Assembly (NCBI GenBank): GCA_001804345.1
Contig: MHFU01000026.1
Coordinates: 1-39,813 of the forward strand
DNA: 39,813 nt
From: Omnitrophica bacterium RIFOXYB12_FULL_50_7
GTDB taxonomy: Bacteria > Omnitrophota > Omnitrophia > Omnitrophales > Aquincolibacteriaceae
Reading direction: 5' to 3'
In this document: positions 1 to 7,721 of the stretch, in pieces
Position numbering within the stretch: the first letter of the stretch is position 1
How the letters are laid out: each line of letters starts with the position of its first letter
The notes under the pieces: generated by a model
The model's input: the letters and a program-made list of their open reading frames with translations, nothing else
Database searches by the model: none
Told to the model about the DNA's origin: nothing
Translations under genes and position numbers: made by a program

Positions 1-589
1 AACGGGTTGGGGCTCGAGTAATTTTATGAGCCGCCGCCCTTGTCGCGCTTATTCTTTTCCTGGATGGTCGACAAGGACAGCACTGATTTCCAGTTTTTAA
101 ATTAATGATAATCAGGCGCAAAACATCAACGATTGCGATTTCGTGAGCATCGAGTCGTCCGGTCAACTTCCTCTCCAGATTTTTCAGCTCTTCGGCAAGC
201 CCCTTGTCGCTTGATAATGCAGCTCGCATCTTCACAAAAGCGCGGACTACGAATACGCTCATCTCGACGGCCCGTTCACTGTTAAGGATGTTCGCGGCCA
301 TGATCGCCCCATGTTCGGTGAAAGCGTGAGGCAGATAACGCCTTCCTCCCCGCGTCTTTTTTGAGGTTTCAATTTGAAACCTCAAAGTCTTGTTTTCTTC
401 CGGGGTCAAATGGAACATAAAATCGGCGGGGAATTTCGCACCGTTACGCTTGACCGCCAGGTTTAAAGATTTGGTTTTAACGCCGTAAATTTTCGCTAGG
501 TCCGTGTCCAGGATCACGCGCTGTCCGCGGATGAAGTAGATGGCATCGACGATCTGTTCGGGTTTGGTTAGCTCGGTTTTCTTTTTCAT
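1..589 (-). CDS. ORF6N (KilA-N-like) domain protein; the 3' end runs off the window edge with no stop
   Basis: Absent from the ORF track because it has no stop inside the window. Minus-strand ATG at 589-587. Translation MKKKTELTKPEQIVDAIYFIRGQRVILDTDLAKIYGVKTKSLNLAVKRNGAKFPADFMFHLTPEE...GGRRYLPHAFTEHGAIMAANILNSERAV fits the ORF6N family pattern. Confidence 0.75.
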   Translation of the reverse strand, partial: MKKKTELTKPEQIVDAIYFIRGQRVILDTDLAKIYGVKTKSLNLAVKRNGAKFPADFMFHLTPEENKTLRFQIETSKKTRGGRRYLPHAFTEHGAIMAANILNSERAVEMSVFVVRAFVKMRAALSSDKGLAEELKNLERKLTGRLDAHEIAIVDVLRLIIINLKTGNQCCPCRPSRKRISATRAAAHKITRAPTR

Positions 590-911
590 GATGCAAGCGT
601 ATCACATTGTTTAATATAAATCAATCAAAATATGATTTTAAGGTAAATATAGAAATGCTATAAAAAGATCAAAGGAGATCGGCGCATAGCAGAGAGCGAA
701 AAACGTGAGGTCGGCAGCAGTGGAGCGGTTACAGCTCAAGATATTGATGGGCACAACCAAATTCCAGCGAAGAGCCGATCCGAGGAAAAATTTCTTGAAA
801 CTCCTCTCGAAGGGTTTAGAGTACGGCAGAGGATGGAACCGTTCCTTTTGCAGCGAAACGGCAGGTTAGTGTGCCGGTTACCATTCGGTGCCATTCGATT
901 AACGGAGACTC

Positions 912-1442
912 ATGCGTAAGATCGTTGGTTGTTTAGCTGTTCTGCTTATTGTTTTCTCCTATCCTTCTAGCTGTTTACAAGCCACGCAAACAGCCACTGA
1001 CGAGCAGGTTTATTTTTCCCCTAAGGGCGGCTGCACGGAAGCCATCGTCAAGAATCTCGACCAGGCTGAGAGATCAATTCTGGTTCAGGCGTATTCGTTC
1101 ACGTCAAAGCCTATCGCGGAGGCATTGATCGCCGCGCATAAACGTGGCGTGAAGGTAAAAGTCCTTTTAGACAAGAGCCAGCTGCATGGAAAAGGAAGCA
1201 AGCTCGACTTGCTGGCAGATGCCGGCATTCCCGCTATGATCGATACGAAGCACTCGATCGCTCACAACAAGGTCATGATCATTGATGGCATCACCGTATT
1301 GACGGGTTCCTTCAACTTCACCAATGCCGCGGAAGACAAGAATGCCGAAAATCTTTTAGTGGTCAGGGATAAAACCATCGCCAGGAAATACCGCAACAAC
1401 TGGGATAAACATCAGAAGCACTCCGAGCGGTATCCGATATAA
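912..1442 (+). CDS. Secreted phospholipase D-family (Nuc-like) endonuclease
   Basis: Hydrophobic signal-like N-terminus. Single HKD motif HNKVMIIDGITVLTGSFN (HxKx4Dx6GSxN). At 176 aa it matches one-domain Nuc-type PLD nucleases. Confidence 0.85.
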   Translation: MRKIVGCLAVLLIVFSYPSSCLQATQTATDEQVYFSPKGGCTEAIVKNLDQAERSILVQAYSFTSKPIAEALIAAHKRGVKVKVLLDKSQLHGKGSKLDLLADAGIPAMIDTKHSIAHNKVMIIDGITVLTGSFNFTNAAEDKNAENLLVVRDKTIARKYRNNWDKHQKHSERYPI

Positions 1443-1796
1443 AAGCGGCAGCGAGAGAAAATAGGAGGGGGTTGTGGGGATGAATATTCGCAGAACGGTA
1501 CCGGGTACGTTGGGGACACGTTGACTGCGTCAGAAATAGCCGTTTACCCATGAGCACTTTGTGGCGGGTGGGGGAATAGATAGAATTAAGTAATGTCCCC
1601 GGAATTTTGGAATTGTGGGTGGCGGTAGGCAGGGACAGGCAAGGCATTGGTGGGTAGGTACATAAGCTGAGCCAAAAGTAGCCGTCCCCGTGGTACGTGG
1701 TATCATTCAGTAAACCGTAAACCGGACGCCGTCCAACGGGGAGGGGTAAGCCCGGTGAACGGACCCCATTCGAATTACAAGGAAGAAAGTGAGTCC

Positions 1797-2537
1797 ATGC
1801 GCACTGAAGAAGAGCTTTATGTGGAAACGGGATATAAGATTCTTCACGAGGACGATTTTTTTCTCGTGGTGGATAAGCCGGCGCCGCTTCCGGTCCATGC
1901 TGTGGGGCGCTTCAAGGAAAAGAACCTGCTCAGTCTTTTGATCAAGGACTTGGGGCCGAGTCCGGAGGGACTTCGGATTGTGAACCGACTTGATTCGGAG
2001 ACGAGCGGGCTTGTGCTTGTTGCGAAATCAAGCCAGATGGCCGGGAAGCTGGGGATCCTTTTTGAAAACAGGCAGGTAGCGAAAGAATATCACGCGGTGG
2101 TGATCGGAACGCCCAAAGCTTCCGAAGGAACGATCTCGGATTCTCTGGGACTGAATGTCGAAAGCGGTCATAATATTCGCGCATCCGACCCTGCAGGTGA
2201 AAAGGCGCAAACGGATTATCAGGTTTTAAGCAGCGCTGGTGGATACTCTCTTCTCAAGGTGATGCCGCGAACAGGTCGTACGCATCAGATCCGCGCGCAT
2301 CTTTCTTTTTTAGGACATCCCATCGTGGGAGACAAGATCTATATTGATCCACGGATTTTTGAGCGGTACATTCACGAGGGATGGCTTGAGGAGATGCGGC
2401 CTGTCGTGAAGGCCGAACGCCTTCTTTTGCACGCGTCCCGGTTAGAATTCCGCCATCCCGTGACCGGAGAGCTTGTGAAATTCACCTCCGAGATCCCGCC
2501 CTGTTTCGATTCATTCTTAAATGAGGAGACAAAATGA
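1797..2537 (+). CDS. RluA-family pseudouridine synthase
   Basis: Motifs VNRLDSETSGLVLVAK and GRTHQIRAHL. The ORF opens at GTG 1755; ATG 1797 (MRTEEEL) is the more likely start. Confidence 0.85.
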   Translation: MRTEEELYVETGYKILHEDDFFLVVDKPAPLPVHAVGRFKEKNLLSLLIKDLGPSPEGLRIVNRLDSETSGLVLVAKSSQMAGKLGILFENRQVAKEYHAVVIGTPKASEGTISDSLGLNVESGHNIRASDPAGEKAQTDYQVLSSAGGYSLLKVMPRTGRTHQIRAHLSFLGHPIVGDKIYIDPRIFERYIHEGWLEEMRPVVKAERLLLHASRLEFRHPVTGELVKFTSEIPPCFDSFLNEETK

Positions 2538-2716
2538 CCGAGGCGATAAAAAAAACGGGCACCGCTTGCTGGGACTGTGGTTTTCGCAGAGATTTCGATA
2601 ATACTTTTTTGGGCATTTGCACCTGGTTTGAGGTCCATGGGAAAGGTTCGAATAAGGATATTCCCCCAGCTCTGGTGGAAAAAGGCTGCAAGTATTGGAA
2701 GAAGAAACAAAAATAA
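2534..2716 (+). CDS. Small Cys-rich hypothetical protein (60 aa), translationally coupled to the upstream gene
   Basis: ATGA overlap with the rluA-like stop. Strong SD GAGGAG at 2522-2527. Contains CxxC plus two further Cys and a Lys-rich tail. No family recognised. Confidence 0.45.
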   Translation: MTEAIKKTGTACWDCGFRRDFDNTFLGICTWFEVHGKGSNKDIPPALVEKGCKYWKKKQK

Positions 2717-2732
2717 TCAGGAGGCAGAGCGT

Positions 2733-3260
2733 ATGTTCGATAAACTGATCGGGTATTTAGTGACGAGAGCGGGCAAGGAATACTCCGCGAGTTATCGCGC
2801 GGTGGCAACGGTGCTTGGCGCGACGCTTTTTATCGCGGGTTGGCCGGTGCTTGTCTGGGTTTTGGGGCTCGGGGGACAGGGAGCTGTCTTCCCGGATATG
2901 GCTGCGGTCCTTTTGAGCGCTCTTTTTTTTGTGGCCGGTATTCCGTGGGTGGCTTGGGCCGTTCTGTGGCAGCTTTGGAAGGGGAAGGGTACGCCTGTGC
3001 CTGTGGTGCCCACCAAGGAATTCCTGCCCTCGGGTCCTTACCGGTATTGCCGCAACCCTATGATGCTCGGGTTTTTTCTTTATCTGGCGGGTTGGGCCTC
3101 GCTTTTCAACCGGGTGGGTTCCTGGGTCGCAGCCGTCGTCTTGCTGGTCCTTTTGATCCTCGAGATCAAGCTGATCGAGGAAAAGGAGCTTGAAGCGCGC
3201 TTCGGAGAGGCCTACCGCGAGTACAAAAAAAAGACGCCATTTTTCGTCCCAAAATTTTGA
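2733..3260 (+). CDS. Isoprenylcysteine carboxyl / phospholipid methyltransferase (ICMT/PEMT) family membrane protein
   Basis: AGGAGG at 2719-2724 precedes ATG 2733. Multi-TM protein. Motif YRYCRNPMMLG and C-terminal EEKELEARFGEAYREYKKKTPFFVP are typical of the family. The ORF-track start at 2577 overlaps the small ORF and is unlikely. Confidence 0.75.
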   Translation: MFDKLIGYLVTRAGKEYSASYRAVATVLGATLFIAGWPVLVWVLGLGGQGAVFPDMAAVLLSALFFVAGIPWVAWAVLWQLWKGKGTPVPVVPTKEFLPSGPYRYCRNPMMLGFFLYLAGWASLFNRVGSWVAAVVLLVLLILEIKLIEEKELEARFGEAYREYKKKTPFFVPKF

Positions 3261-3327
3261 CCTTAAGGATTGCTTTCAGAAAAGCAATCTAGAAAAAAAC
3301 AACGGTTTCTGTTTTTCTTGCAATGAG

Positions 3328-3333
3328 TATAAT
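3328..3333 (+). promoter_or_regulatory. Candidate -10 box (TATAAT) in a block conserved upstream of both PilZ copies
   Basis: GCAATGAGTATAAT is identical at 3320-3333 and 3823-3836. There is no good -35. Confidence 0.4.
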
Positions 3334-3374
3334 GTTGTCGTTCGTTCACCGATCGACCAACAAAGGAATCTAAA

Positions 3375-3752
3375 ATGGAAAAGAATAAGCCTGTGCTGGA
3401 AAGACGCCAAAGCGTGCGATTCCGCATTCTTTCGCTTGTTAAATATGCGCCTGAGTCCAGGGGTGCTGCTTTTCAAGTGGCGAACATCCAGAATGTCAGT
3501 CGAGGGGGGCTCACTTTTTTTACAGAGCAGGAGATCAAAGAAGATGCGATCCTGCAGTTTTATTTTTTGCCCCCGAACCGCAAAAAACCGGTTGAAGTAC
3601 GAGGAAAGATTGTGCGGCGTCTTCGGTCCCCAAAAAATGCAAAAGCTTTTGAAATGGGGGTCCAGTTTTTGGATGTTTCTGAAGATGCGAAACTTGCGAT
3701 CCGGGAGCTTGAAACCTCTTTTCTTGAGAAGCAAAAAAAGACACGGCCCTAA
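3375..3752 (+). CDS. PilZ domain protein (c-di-GMP receptor)
   Basis: RRxxxR motif (ERRQSVRFR) and (D/N)xSxxG motif (NVSRGG) with correct spacing. 125 aa. Confidence 0.8.
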   Translation: MEKNKPVLERRQSVRFRILSLVKYAPESRGAAFQVANIQNVSRGGLTFFTEQEIKEDAILQFYFLPPNRKKPVEVRGKIVRRLRSPKNAKAFEMGVQFLDVSEDAKLAIRELETSFLEKQKKTRP

Positions 3753-3830
3753 AAGCATTCGCACAACCCCTTTCTCGTTTCCCAGAAGTTTTTAAAACAA
3801 AACAGCAGTTTCCGTTTTTCCCGCAATGAG

Positions 3831-3836
3831 TATAAT
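3831..3836 (+). promoter_or_regulatory. Candidate -10 box (TATAAT), duplicated copy
   Basis: Same GCAATGAGTATAAT block as at 3320-3333. Confidence 0.4.
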
Positions 3837-3916
3837 ACCGGCATTTGTTCACCGATCAGCCCACTTAGGAATTTTAAAATGAAAAAAACAAGCCTATACA
3901 GGAAAGACGGCAAAGC

Positions 3917-4255
3917 GTGCGATTCCGTATTTTTTCGCTTGTGAAGCATGCGACCGAGCCCAATGTTGTCACTTTTCAGGTGGAGAATATCCGAAATATC
4001 AGCCGCGGAGGGCTTGCTTTCTTCACAGAGCAAGAGATCGAAGAAGGGGCGGTCCTGCGACTTTATTTTTTGCCTCCGAATTGTGAAAAGCCAGTCACAG
4101 CACGGGGAAAGGTTGTTCGATGTCCCCAAGTCATAAAAAACGGAAAAATTTTCGAGCTGGGAGTCCAGTTTCTGGATGTCTCGGAAGATGCGAAGCTCGC
4201 GATCCAGGAGCTCGAAGATTTTTTTCTTAAGAAGCAAAAAAAGATTCAACTCTGA
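3917..4255 (+). CDS. PilZ domain paralog with a displaced start codon (possibly N-terminally truncated or a pseudogene)
   Basis: High identity to 3375-3752 (NISRGG, GVQFLDVSEDAKLAI). The ancestral ATG at 3879 is out of frame by 1 nt. In-frame TAA at 3875-3877. The first usable in-frame start is GTG 3917, inside the RRxxxR motif. Confidence 0.6.
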   Translation: MRFRIFSLVKHATEPNVVTFQVENIRNISRGGLAFFTEQEIEEGAVLRLYFLPPNCEKPVTARGKVVRCPQVIKNGKIFELGVQFLDVSEDAKLAIQELEDFFLKKQKKIQL

Positions 4256-4382
4256 AATTATCCTCCCCCCTTTTTTCAGAGAAGGATTTTTTGGCGATTG
4301 ATAAATGTTCCTGAAAAGTTCTTGGGTATAGCGCCATCGTTTTGCGGGATTTCTTTAAAGAAGATGAAAAAATATACCGAAC

Positions 4383-5528
4383 ATGAAAAAAGAACCCTCG
4401 AGCGCGCCCAAACTGATCAAGGGACTGGAAGGGGTCGTGGCTGCCCAGACATCCTTAAGCGATGTGGACGGTGAGAATGGCCGGCTTCTTTATCGCGGTA
4501 TTCCGATTGGTGAATTGGTCGAGAAGTCTCACTTTGAGGAAGTGACATATCATCTCTGGTATGCGAAACTTCCCAACGCTGAGGAGCTCAGAATTTTCAA
4601 GGAGACTTTGAAAGCGCAAAGGACTTTATCTGAGCGTGCGCTAGAGGTCTTGAGGTTTATTCCCACCACCACACATCCCATGAGCGCTCTTCGAACCATG
4701 TGTTCGCTCATGGGGAGCCTGGACCCACGGGCGCATATCGTGAACCCCGAAGAATCCCTGCGCAAAGCCTATCATCTGACGGGTGTTTTTCCGACCATTA
4801 TCGCGGCTTTTTACAGACTTCGTGAAGACAAGGAGCCTATCCAGCCCGACATGAGCCTTTCCCACGCGGCCAACTTCCTCTATATGATGAGCGGCAAGAA
4901 ACCAACACAGGAAATGGAGAAGGCGCTTGATGCGTATCTGATCCTTTTGGCGGATCACGGGCTCAATGCTTCGACTTTTGCGGCGCGTGTGACGACCGGG
5001 ACGCTTTCGAACCTTTATTCGGCGGTCACTTCCGCGGTCGGGACCTTAGCCGGAGAACTCCATGGAGCGGCGAACCAGTATGCGATGGAGATGATCCTTG
5101 AAATTGGAGCGCCCGCGAACGCCATCCCGTATGTGAACAAACTTTTGGATGAGAAAAAGAAAGTCATGGGTTTCGGGCACCGGATCTATAAGACCCGCGA
5201 TCCGCGCGCCGAGGCATTCCGTCAAATCGCCCACGACCTGTGCGTCAAAGCCGGGAAAACGGAATGGATGGAGATCGCCGCACAAGTCGAGAAAGTCATG
5301 ATGGATCGGAAAAAGATCCCCTGCAACGTGGACTTTTTCTCGGCTCCGGTGCTTTACGTGCTCGGGTTCCCGCCGGATTTTTTTACGACTGTTTTTGCGG
5401 CAAGTCGTGTTGCCGGTTGGAGCGGACATATCATTGAGCAGCAACTGGACAATCGCCTTGTCCGCCCGCTCGCGGAATACATCGGTCCGGCGGAGCAGTA
5501 TTACATCCCGCACGAAGACCGGAAGTGA
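4383..5528 (+). CDS. gltA: Citrate synthase
   Basis: 381 aa. Hallmark GFGHRIYKTRDPRA plus LLADHGLNASTF and catalytic-region conservation. Confidence 0.93.
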   Translation: MKKEPSSAPKLIKGLEGVVAAQTSLSDVDGENGRLLYRGIPIGELVEKSHFEEVTYHLWYAKLPNAEELRIFKETLKAQRTLSERALEVLRFIPTTTHPMSALRTMCSLMGSLDPRAHIVNPEESLRKAYHLTGVFPTIIAAFYRLREDKEPIQPDMSLSHAANFLYMMSGKKPTQEMEKALDAYLILLADHGLNASTFAARVTTGTLSNLYSAVTSAVGTLAGELHGAANQYAMEMILEIGAPANAIPYVNKLLDEKKKVMGFGHRIYKTRDPRAEAFRQIAHDLCVKAGKTEWMEIAAQVEKVMMDRKKIPCNVDFFSAPVLYVLGFPPDFFTTVFAASRVAGWSGHIIEQQLDNRLVRPLAEYIGPAEQYYIPHEDRK

Positions 5529-5532
5529 GTTG

Positions 5533-5582
5533 GAAGGGGAAAGGCTGAATTATTTTATAATTCCGCCTGTCCCCTTTATTTT
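5533..5582 (+). terminator. Hairpin of the GGGGACAGGC family followed by a U-rich tail; likely gltA terminator
   Basis: AAGGGGAAAGGC (5534-5545) pairs with GCCTGTCCCCTT (5565-5576). The loop holds an inner stem GAATTAT/ATAATTC. TTTATTTT follows. Confidence 0.6.
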
Positions 5583-5628
5583 CAAATCAGGTTGCGTTTC
5601 TTAAAGCGCCTCATTATCATGATGAACC

Positions 5629-6990
5629 ATGACCGCGAATCTTGATTACGCATACGATCAATACCTGAAGGCCAAAGAATCCCAGGCCGTTTCTGCCATC
5701 TTCAAGTTCAGGGAAAAACTCAAAACTCCCGCGTTCGCGTACGGGCGTTTCACGGTCCCGGCTTTCTACAAAGCTTATTTTGTCACGTCCAAGCAGCAGC
5801 ATCTCCTGAAACGCGCGGCCTCTTCTTTTTCCCAGATCCTTAACAAGACAGCGCGTCTTTACTTCGAGGAAGCTCAGATGAGGTCCCACTTTCGCCTCTC
5901 TTCCGAAGCCGAAGAGCTCGTGAAGATCGATCCGGGCTATTCGCAGCATGTCGTCTTCAGCCGTTTCGACGCGCTTCTGGAGGGGGAGAGTCTGAAGCTT
6001 TTGGAGTTCAATTGCGATGCCCCGGCCGGCGCCGCTTACACCGACCAACTGGAGTCTGCGTTTCTTTCCGAAGAGCTGGTCTGGCCCTTTGCCGAGGAAC
6101 ATCATTTGGTTGCCAGTGAGCGCGTTCAAAGTATTCTTTCAACGCTGCTTTCGGTCTATGAAGAGTTTGGTGGCTATGAAACACCTCAGATCGCGATCGT
6201 GGACTGGCGGCATGCGAGGACCGCCCCGGAATTTGAGCACATGAAAAACCACTTCGAGTCCAAGGGTTACAAGACCACGATCGCTGATCCACGCGAACTT
6301 CAGTACAAGGGCGGCAAACTTTATCACAAAGGTTTTCGCGTGCACCTGGTCTACCGGCGCGTAATCTTTGATGAGCTGTTAGAACGGCTTGATGAAGTTC
6401 AGGACCTGCTGCGTGCTTACAAGGACAAGGCCGTCTGTGTGGTCAACCCTTTGCGTTCGAGGCTCGCCTCAAGCAAGTCGATCTTCTCGTTTTTGACCAC
6501 CCCGGAGTTCGACCGTTTTTTCACAGAGAACGAAAACGAGATGAAGCGTCAACACCTTCCGTGGACGCGTTGTCTTTCTGATGCTGAGGATTTCTATGGC
6601 CACCGGAAGGTCTTTCTGATCGATTTTCTTAAAGATGAGAAAGACACTCTTGTTCTGAAACCTTCGGGATCAAGCCACGGCGCTCGCCAGGTTCACATCG
6701 GACGGGAGACGCCGGACGGCGACTGGAACGCGGTGGTGGACAAAGCACTTAAGGAAGGGGATTGGGTGATCCAGGAGCAGGTTTCGGTTCCGGTGATGAC
6801 CGTCCCTGACGTTGTGAACCAGAAGCTGGACTACATTTACAAAAAATATAATTTCAACATGCTAGCCTTTGGGGGAAAATACGCCGGAGGTTTTGTTCGT
6901 TTGAGCGATGAGAGCGTAATCAATGTGGCGACAGGAGGGGGCCTTATGCCGGCTATTTGGACGGATACTCCCCCGGAAGGAAACGCATAA
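5629..6990 (+). CDS. ATP-grasp superfamily protein (circularly permuted ATP-grasp / glutathionylspermidine synthase-like)
   Basis: 453 aa. The segment LLEFNCDAPAGAAYTD and the overall layout recall circularly permuted type-2 ATP-grasp proteins. The call rests on memory of the family only. Confidence 0.5.
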   Translation: MTANLDYAYDQYLKAKESQAVSAIFKFREKLKTPAFAYGRFTVPAFYKAYFVTSKQQHLLKRAASSFSQILNKTARLYFEEAQMRSHFRLSSEAEELVKIDPGYSQHVVFSRFDALLEGESLKLLEFNCDAPAGAAYTDQLESAFLSEELVWPFAEEHHLVASERVQSILSTLLSVYEEFGGYETPQIAIVDWRHARTAPEFEHMKNHFESKGYKTTIADPRELQYKGGKLYHKGFRVHLVYRRVIFDELLERLDEVQDLLRAYKDKAVCVVNPLRSRLASSKSIFSFLTTPEFDRFFTENENEMKRQHLPWTRCLSDAEDFYGHRKVFLIDFLKDEKDTLVLKPSGSSHGARQVHIGRETPDGDWNAVVDKALKEGDWVIQEQVSVPVMTVPDVVNQKLDYIYKKYNFNMLAFGGKYAGGFVRLSDESVINVATGGGLMPAIWTDTPPEGNA

Positions 6991-7007
6991 AAAGGCGAAG
7001 CCTTTTT
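6989..7007 (+). terminator. Intrinsic terminator
   Basis: AAAGGC-GAA-GCCTTT stem-loop followed by a T-run, directly after the stop at 6988-6990. Confidence 0.6.
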
Positions 7008-7014
7008 ATGAACA

Positions 7015-7150
7015 GCCAAATTACAAGATCCAAGAACCAGATAGGCTCCAATCACCTAAAGAAAAAAGGACGTTTTTTCTTTTGTTTGAGATTTTTAAAT
7101 TGATTATTGGAAATTGTTTGGAGCTGGGTTCTTGGAAATTGGATCTTGGC
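7015..7150. repeat. Long imperfect inverted repeat (~136 nt) built from CCAAG/CTTGG words
   Basis: Left arm 7015-7056 pairs with right arm 7108-7150; the best run is 7029-7038 with 7127-7136. Inner hairpin GAAAAAA-GGACG-TTTTTTC at 7061-7079. Confidence 0.55.
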
Positions 7151-7204
7151 GTTTGATTTTAAGCAGAAGAGGGAGTATTCTCATTCGGTAAGGAGAATGA
7201 ATCT

Positions 7205-7651
7205 GTGACCAGAAAAAAAAGAAGGATTTTTACTCTCCAGGAAGCCGACGCTTTATTGCCGGAGCTTGAAAAACGCCTGAAACTTCTCCGGACCAAAAAA
7301 GAGGCCTACAGCCGTACCCACGATCTTCTTTTCATGCATGAGCTTGTTTGCACGGCCGAGCGAACGAACGGAGTCTTGGAAGAGAAAGATGATCTGGAGG
7401 ACGGTATTCACGCGCTCGAAGGAGCAATCGAAGACCTGGCCAAAGATGTTGAAACGATCTTTGCGATGGGCTGCCTTCTTCGGAACATCGAAAAGGGCCG
7501 CGTCGAATTCTTCGGCAAGCATGAGGGCCGGGAGGTTTATTTTTCCTGGCAACTTGGCGAACCCCACATTTCTCATTACCGCCCGTTTGAGGGGAAAGTC
7601 CATGAACGCGTTCCTCTGTCCGGGAAGCCCGCAACGAAAAGCCAGAAGTAA
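7205..7651 (+). CDS. DUF2203 family protein
   Basis: GTG start 9 nt after AAGGAG. The N-terminus RIFTLQEADALLPELEKRL is typical of DUF2203. Confidence 0.7.
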   Translation: MTRKKRRIFTLQEADALLPELEKRLKLLRTKKEAYSRTHDLLFMHELVCTAERTNGVLEEKDDLEDGIHALEGAIEDLAKDVETIFAMGCLLRNIEKGRVEFFGKHEGREVYFSWQLGEPHISHYRPFEGKVHERVPLSGKPATKSQK

Positions 7652-7721
7652 AAACCTCCGGGAAGCACTTGCTGGGAAGCCCTCACTTATAATTCTTTGT
7701 GAGAAAAATATTCGGAAAGAA

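Noticed and set aside
3190-4249. 201-aa (+), 162-aa (-) and 166-aa (-) ORFs across the PilZ region
   Set aside because: These are alternative-frame or antisense shadows of the two PilZ genes. The two minus-strand ORFs resemble each other only because the underlying DNA is duplicated. The PilZ frames carry the diagnostic motifs.
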